DNA of 32,000 bases, from assembly GCF_000237865.1 (NCBI RefSeq), contig NC_017459.1, positions 1,350,001-1,382,000 on the forward strand. The letters run 5' to 3'. Below are positions 26,807 to 32,000 of this stretch, in pieces. The first letter of the stretch is position 1. Every line of letters begins with the position of its first letter. The stretch comes from Haloquadratum walsbyi C23 (lineage in GTDB: Archaea; Halobacteriota; Halobacteria; Halobacteriales; Haloferacaceae). The notes below the pieces were generated by a model that was not told where the DNA came from, made no database searches, and saw nothing but the letters and a program-made list of their open reading frames with translations. The translations under genes and the position numbers were made by a program.

Positions 26807-27158
26807 GTGGATTTGATCTGAGAAACAGTCCACATATGACGATTCCCTTATGATGCTCATATCTCATACCAGGGAACATATCGGTGGTGGTGGATCGAAC
26901 GTCACTCGATATAACAACTCATTTTTGCGGTGTCGCGATAGGCTAATTGAATATTCAAAATTCGTCTTGTGAGGTATCTCATTTAAGAAAGATTCAATAT
27001 ACAAGCACATTTTTTATTTTTCATTTTTCATTTTCTATTCGTGCAGTCCAATCTGAGATGCCGCAAATTGAGTATACAAATACAAGCACTCAAGCCGATA
27101 TTCATGCCAGTTACATTGACAATGAAGATACTTATGAGAGAAATAAGAAATCATAAAT

Positions 27159-29819
27159 ATGGCTACTCGGCAGAGACGTGAACGCAGGGATACAATCCGC
27201 GTTCTCCATGTCGATGACCACTCAGACTTCGCTGAGATGGTGACGACATTTCTTGAACGAGAAAATGACCGATTTGAGACCGAAGCCGTCGCGAGTGCAA
27301 GTGATGGGCTCGCTCGGCTCGCTGATTCATCATTCGACTGCGTTATTTCTGATTATGACATGCCTGACGCAGACGGGATCGAATTTCTCAAGACTGTGCG
27401 TGAGAAGTACCCTGAACTCCCATTTATTCTGTTTACTGGTAAGGGGTCTGAGACAGTCGCCAGTGAAGCTATCTCTGCTGGAGTGACTGATTATCTGCAA
27501 AAATCATCTGGAACGGAACAGTATAAATTGTTAGCTCATCGAATCACAAATGCTGTTGAGCAGTCACAGAGTAAACAACGAGTGCAGGAAGAACAACAGC
27601 GATTTCGCACCCTTTTCGACCGCCTCTCACAACCCACTGTGGAGGTGCGGTATAAAAACAGTGAGCCAATCGTCACTCAAGTGAACTCGGCTTTCGAGGA
27701 TGTGTTTGGGTATGAAAGTAATAATATCGTTGGTGACTCCCTCGACGCTCACATTGTTCCTGATGACCGAATCGATGAAGCCGAATCGATGAATCAATAT
27801 GTCCAAGCGGGTGGTCGTCTCGAGTCGAGAGAGGTTATTCGTGAGACTGCCGACGGTCTCCGCCAGTTCCTTCTTGAAAACGCTGTCTGCGATAATGGCT
27901 TAGGCGGATTTTTTATTTATACAGATATCTCTGATCGAGTAGAACGTGAAGAAACGCTTGAGCGGAATCGTGACTTGCTCCGACATACTGAACAATTGGC
28001 TACTGTCGGTGGGTGGGAGGCTGATGTTGAAACCGGCGAGATATTTTGGACGCGTGGAACATACGCAATTCACGATCTTGATCCCACTGGGGAATTCGAG
28101 CCATCGGTTGAGACTGCAATCGAATTTTATCACCCCGATGATCAAGCGGCAGTTGAGCAAGCGGTCGAAAAGTGTCGTACACAGGGCGAAGCATACGAAG
28201 TTGATGTCCGATTGATTACCGCTGAGGATGAAGAAAAATGGGTATGTATTACTGGTGAGGCTGTATACGACGGTGACGATATCGTTAAGATTCAAGGTGC
28301 GATCTGTGATATCACCCAGCAACGAAAGCGTCGTCAGGAACTCGAACAGATTGAAACGCTATTTCAGAATACTCAAGATCACCTGTTTTTGATTAACGTT
28401 GATGAATCATTCACAATCGAGCGGCTCAATCCAGCTTGGGAAGCCACACCAGGAATCTCGGTTGAGGAGAGTCGTGGGCGAACGATACAGGAAGTTTTGG
28501 GTGGGAAGGAGGCACAGAAGGTCGAAGAAAAGTATCAGAAATGCGTCGAACAACGGAAAGAACTCGAGTATGAGGAGCGGGTCCGGTTTGGAGATGAGTA
28601 TATCCAGTGGGAAACCAGACTTGCTCCAGTCATTGTTGATGATGAGGTTGAATATATTGCTGGTTCAAGCCGTGACATTACTGAGAGGCACGAACGCAGA
28701 CAAGAACTCTCAAAGCTGAAACAGCAATATCAAACGTTGGCAGAGAACTTTCCCAATGGAGCGGTGTACCTAATCGACGACAATTTCGAGTATGTTCGTG
28801 CTCGCGGTGAAGCATTGAAGCAAGCTGATCTGTCACCTGCGGATATTGAGGGTCACACACCACATGAAGTGTTTCCGGATGAACTCGCGGATGAAACATG
28901 CAAACACTTCGAACAGGCGTTCAACGGGAATACCACTGTTGTCGAACAGGAGTATAGAAATAAACGATACCGAATTCGGGTGACACCTGTGGATGGTAAC
29001 GGCAATACAACAAAGACAAACACAGAGACAGAAACAGAGATTGCACGCGTGATGGCAGTGGCACAAGACATCACACAGTACGTCGAGGACAGACGGGAAC
29101 TCCACCGTCAGAACAAACAATTGGATGAGTTTGCAAGCGTTGTGAGCCATGACCTGCGGAATCCACTCACGGTTGCAAAAGGGAACTTGGAACTTCTTCG
29201 TGAGGAGTGTGATAGTGACGATCAGCGTGAACAAGTCGATAAGATTGACTCGGCATTAACTCGGATGGACGAACTAATTGAAAGTATTCTCACGTTAGCC
29301 CGTGCAAATGAGCAAATTGGGAGTGTCGAATCAGTCAATCTCGCTGAATTGTCTCAGAACTGTTGGCAGAATGTTGAGACAACCGATGCAACAATCCATC
29401 TCGATATTACTGCCACCCAGACTGTCACGGTAAAAGCAGATGTAAATCGCCTTGCACAGTTACTTGAGAATTTGATGCGGAATGCAATTGAGCATGCACG
29501 GAATCAGGATGATAATGTCGATAAGAACGAGAATGTGACAATCACGATTGGTGAACTCACGGATGGGTTTTATATTGCAGACGACGGAGACGGAATCTCT
29601 GAGAGTGATCGAGATGACGTGTTTGAGGCGGGCTATACAACGAGCAAACATGGCACTGGATTTGGACTCTCAATCGTGAAGCAAGTGGTTGAAGCTCACG
29701 GATGGGAAATATCCATTACCGAAAGTGCTGATGGCGGAGCGCGCTTCGAAGTGACTAACGTTGAGATGAGTCGAAGTGAGTCAACTCAACTTGAGTCGAA
29801 TCGGATGAACTCAGAGTGA
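27159..29819 (+). CDS. Hybrid sensor histidine kinase: N-terminal receiver, several PAS/PAC segments, HisKA, HATPase_c (886 aa)
   Basis: The REC domain reads IRVLHVDDHSDFAEMV...DCVISDYDMPDADGIEFL...PFILFTGKGSE, with the acceptor Asp codon at 27351-27353. PAS-like blocks lie between about aa 150 and 640. The H-box is FASVVSHDLRNPLTV (His codon 29148-29150). The N, G1 and G2 boxes are NLMRNAIEHA, DDGDGI and GTGFGLSIV. Confidence 0.95.
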   Translation: MATRQRRERRDTIRVLHVDDHSDFAEMVTTFLERENDRFETEAVASASDGLARLADSSFDCVISDYDMPDADGIEFLKTVREKYPELPFILFTGKGSETVASEAISAGVTDYLQKSSGTEQYKLLAHRITNAVEQSQSKQRVQEEQQRFRTLFDRLSQPTVEVRYKNSEPIVTQVNSAFEDVFGYESNNIVGDSLDAHIVPDDRIDEAESMNQYVQAGGRLESREVIRETADGLRQFLLENAVCDNGLGGFFIYTDISDRVEREETLERNRDLLRHTEQLATVGGWEADVETGEIFWTRGTYAIHDLDPTGEFEPSVETAIEFYHPDDQAAVEQAVEKCRTQGEAYEVDVRLITAEDEEKWVCITGEAVYDGDDIVKIQGAICDITQQRKRRQELEQIETLFQNTQDHLFLINVDESFTIERLNPAWEATPGISVEESRGRTIQEVLGGKEAQKVEEKYQKCVEQRKELEYEERVRFGDEYIQWETRLAPVIVDDEVEYIAGSSRDITERHERRQELSKLKQQYQTLAENFPNGAVYLIDDNFEYVRARGEALKQADLSPADIEGHTPHEVFPDELADETCKHFEQAFNGNTTVVEQEYRNKRYRIRVTPVDGNGNTTKTNTETETEIARVMAVAQDITQYVEDRRELHRQNKQLDEFASVVSHDLRNPLTVAKGNLELLREECDSDDQREQVDKIDSALTRMDELIESILTLARANEQIGSVESVNLAELSQNCWQNVETTDATIHLDITATQTVTVKADVNRLAQLLENLMRNAIEHARNQDDNVDKNENVTITIGELTDGFYIADDGDGISESDRDDVFEAGYTTSKHGTGFGLSIVKQVVEAHGWEISITESADGGARFEVTNVEMSRSESTQLESNRMNSE

Positions 29820-30108
29820 GTGCTGAGTCGAGGAGTATATATCACTATTTTGACTCTAGCACTGGTCTTGATTCTGGCTATGATTCTGCTTTTGCGAGGG
29901 GTACACATATAAGCCGTTGCACTGTGTGGACATATAGCTCGAGCGTCTGACGTGTTTGATATTCGTGCGGCACCGTATCCTGTATCCTCTCCCGACTCGC
30001 TCGCGTTGCTCGCTCCTTGAAGAAGAGGTCTTAGCACCTCATTTCAGGTAAGTTGCCGAAGTGCTACTGTCGTAGCCGTTATGTGAATGAGTGTCGCTTT
30101 CTATATAT

Positions 30109-30300
30109 ATGCCCTCTGAGAAACAGTGCCCAGACTGTGACGAGCCACTAGAACGAATGAAGTTGAACGAGAGCCACGGACAGCCATCAATCGTTTCAAC
30201 GGACAGTGGATTCGTTGACCAACTGATGTCGGGGAGTCTCACATCAGTCTCACATGTCTGCCCTGAGTGCAAACGGACGCTGCTATACGCAGAAGAATAG
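30109..30300 (+). CDS. Small zinc-ribbon protein (CPDC...CPEC)
   Basis: Two CPxC pairs lie about 45 residues apart. The alternative GTG start is at 30091. Confidence 0.45.
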   Translation: MPSEKQCPDCDEPLERMKLNESHGQPSIVSTDSGFVDQLMSGSLTSVSHVCPECKRTLLYAEE

Positions 30301-30519
30301 AATATTTTGTGTGATGTCTATCATTCTTCCACCGAATAATCCGGGCTTCGCCTGCACTGCTCACCAACCCATTACTCTGTGAAGTAGGTAAAGCGACAGT
30401 ACAACTCCCTCAAAGTAGTCCAATTCACCCGCCGTAGAGAGACGGAGTACTAATCGAGGGTGAAGCCGTATACCCAGTGATGAGCGCAAGGGGATCAAAA
30501 ACCGTTACAGGAGTAATGT

Positions 30520-30936
30520 TTAGTGGAGGGTTTCGAACGAGTCTCGTAGCACAAGGATGCCAGCAGCGACCGTAAGACAACCTGCAATCGAAGCAAGGGC
30601 TGGCCCGACCATCGTCGGCTCGAATGGTCCGGGGAGCCCGACAGACTGTTGTGCAACAAGAAAATGCGGCAGAACAGCATATCCCACACCAAAGACACAC
30701 AGAAGCCCTCCTTTCGCTAGGTTCCACGGAAGCATGAGAACAGCGCCACTCGCTGCAGTCGCCACGCCGAGAAAAATGATTTCGGCAAACGCGACTTTGT
30801 AGCCGAGTGTAAAAAGCCCGATAGCGGGTATCATGGTTGCGTCGGGACCGGGGGCCATCCACGGAAAGTAGCTGCTGACCGCCAGCACAACAACGGAGGC
30901 TACTGTGAGAGCGACGGGCTCACGGGTCGTGTTCAT
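30520..30936 (-). CDS. Integral membrane protein (138 aa, about 4 TM)
   Basis: Four hydrophobic helices are present (ALTVASVVVLAVSSYF, IPAIGLFTLGY...IIFLGVATAASGAVL, GLLCVFGVGYAVLPHFLV, ALASIAGCLTVAAGILVL). Confidence 0.55.
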   Translation of the reverse strand: MNTTREPVALTVASVVVLAVSSYFPWMAPGPDATMIPAIGLFTLGYKVAFAEIIFLGVATAASGAVLMLPWNLAKGGLLCVFGVGYAVLPHFLVAQQSVGLPGPFEPTMVGPALASIAGCLTVAAGILVLRDSFETLH

Positions 30937-31934
30937 ACTGAGATATGTTCTGTCTCGTCAATAAGTGTCTCTTTATGCTGACCGACCCACCCTCTGTATT
31001 AAAGATACCTCCGTTGGATGCTGCTATCTTAGCAAATAATCTTCTTACAGAACCCTCTTTTTTGATAAGATAAGCGTCAAGAAGCCCGACTCACTGGAAC
31101 CACCGCCAGCATACATCACCGATGGAGTCTCGAAACAGGATACTGAATCTCTCCTAGAGTTACAGAAGACATGTCATCTCTATCCACTCATTGTCGAACT
31201 CGGGTTGGAAGGGATGAACATCACAGAAGTCACAGACCAATCAGAAACTGAGGATAAATAACTCATGCACCCTGAGTCTGATTCCATATTGAGATCATGG
31301 CTACCTCGGTTCAACAGAATAGTCGCTTACATGCTGGGTGAGAGACAAATCATGTAGTCATGAACACACCTCCAACAGTGAGCTCTGCGAGTCGTCTGAC
31401 CGAGAACTATTCTGAGGAGTCTCCTGCCACACTTGTCGGACTGGGGCGATTGACGTCTCAACTGTATATCCGAAGGATAACATAAGAGACGAGCTCCGAG
31501 CGCACATTGAATCGGTGGAATCGAACATCAAGACCGACGATGTGAGTGACCCAACAGTTGTTTCAGAGGTCACAGCCGCTCACGCTATACTTGACCGAAT
31601 CGAACGTGAGGACCAATGATTCACGGGTAATACAATCAAAATGAGTGACGAAAGGGTCGAATTGCGGAACAAGATTCGATGCTATGTCACTGAAACAAAA
31701 CACGAGAGAGAAATAACAGTATGAATACTCGTGATCATGATTCTGATCATGACTGTGAAGCTACTATGGCGTTTCTGAGAAAAAAGTAGCTTTGTGAAAT
31801 CCTCCAGAAGTGATAGGACCGGTATGCGAGACATAGAGGGTGTATGCAGCAACCTCAACCCCGAAAGTCACTGTAGTAATCCAACAGGGACAGGTTCCTC
31901 AAACTACTTCTGTTTGCATACGCAATGTATGCAT

Positions 31935-32000
31935 ATGAGCACATCAATCCGCGTTTCTGACGAGACGAAGGAGAAGCTGGCGCGGTTGAAGCGTGAAGAC
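31935..32000 (+). CDS. 3'-partial ORF with an RHH-like N-terminus (MSTSIRVSDETKEKLARLKRED...)
   Basis: The beta-strand plus helix start is typical of small ribbon-helix-helix antitoxin/regulator proteins. It runs off the window end. Confidence 0.4.
   Translation, partial: MSTSIRVSDETKEKLARLKRED

Noticed and set aside
26947-27156. 69-aa ORF in the AT-rich region upstream of the kinase
   Set aside because: It has AT-driven low-complexity text (FFIFHFSFS) and starts at a TTG. It is more likely promoter or leader DNA.
1-32000. CRISPR arrays, rRNA genes and intact insertion sequences
   Set aside because: I saw no regularly spaced direct repeats of 25-40 nt, no rRNA-like conserved blocks, and only a transposase fragment without terminal repeats.

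Overview
The window looks haloarchaeal: D/E-rich proteins, a Tat signal with a lipobox, and TFB and ISH3 remnants. Composition judged by eye divides it into four parts. (1) 1-6.7 kb holds a tightly coupled + strand operon: a 5'-open acidic ORF, a Rad50/SbcC-like zinc-hook ATPase, a NurA-like nuclease, an unknown 208-aa protein and a HerA/FtsK-like ATPase. This is the most system-like unit and my top candidate. (2) 6.7-14.4 kb is AT-rich and gene-poor. It contains a pentapeptide-repeat protein, an ISH3 transposase fragment, small membrane proteins, an internally duplicated DUF4397-type Tat lipoprotein, and about 2.5 kb without a credible ORF. (3) About 14.5-26.2 kb is visibly GC-richer. A glycerophosphodiesterase gene is followed by plasmid/provirus-like debris. 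The debris includes chimeric, frameshifted and amber-interrupted genes (ATPase remnants, tfb-abiEii fusion, wHTH gene) and three toxin-antitoxin pairs (wHTH-MazF, UPF0175-PIN, RHH-PIN with a frameshift). It also includes a duplicated zinc-finger gene segment, three copies of a 41-bp inverted repeat upstream of small operons, and a roughly 700-bp very GC-rich ORF-free segment with strong hairpins. (4) 26.4-32 kb carries a DsrE-like protein, a REC-PAS-HisKA-HATPase hybrid kinase, a small zinc-ribbon protein, a membrane protein and a 3'-truncated RHH ORF. I saw no rRNA, tRNA or CRISPR array. All family assignments come from motif reading only; no searches were run.
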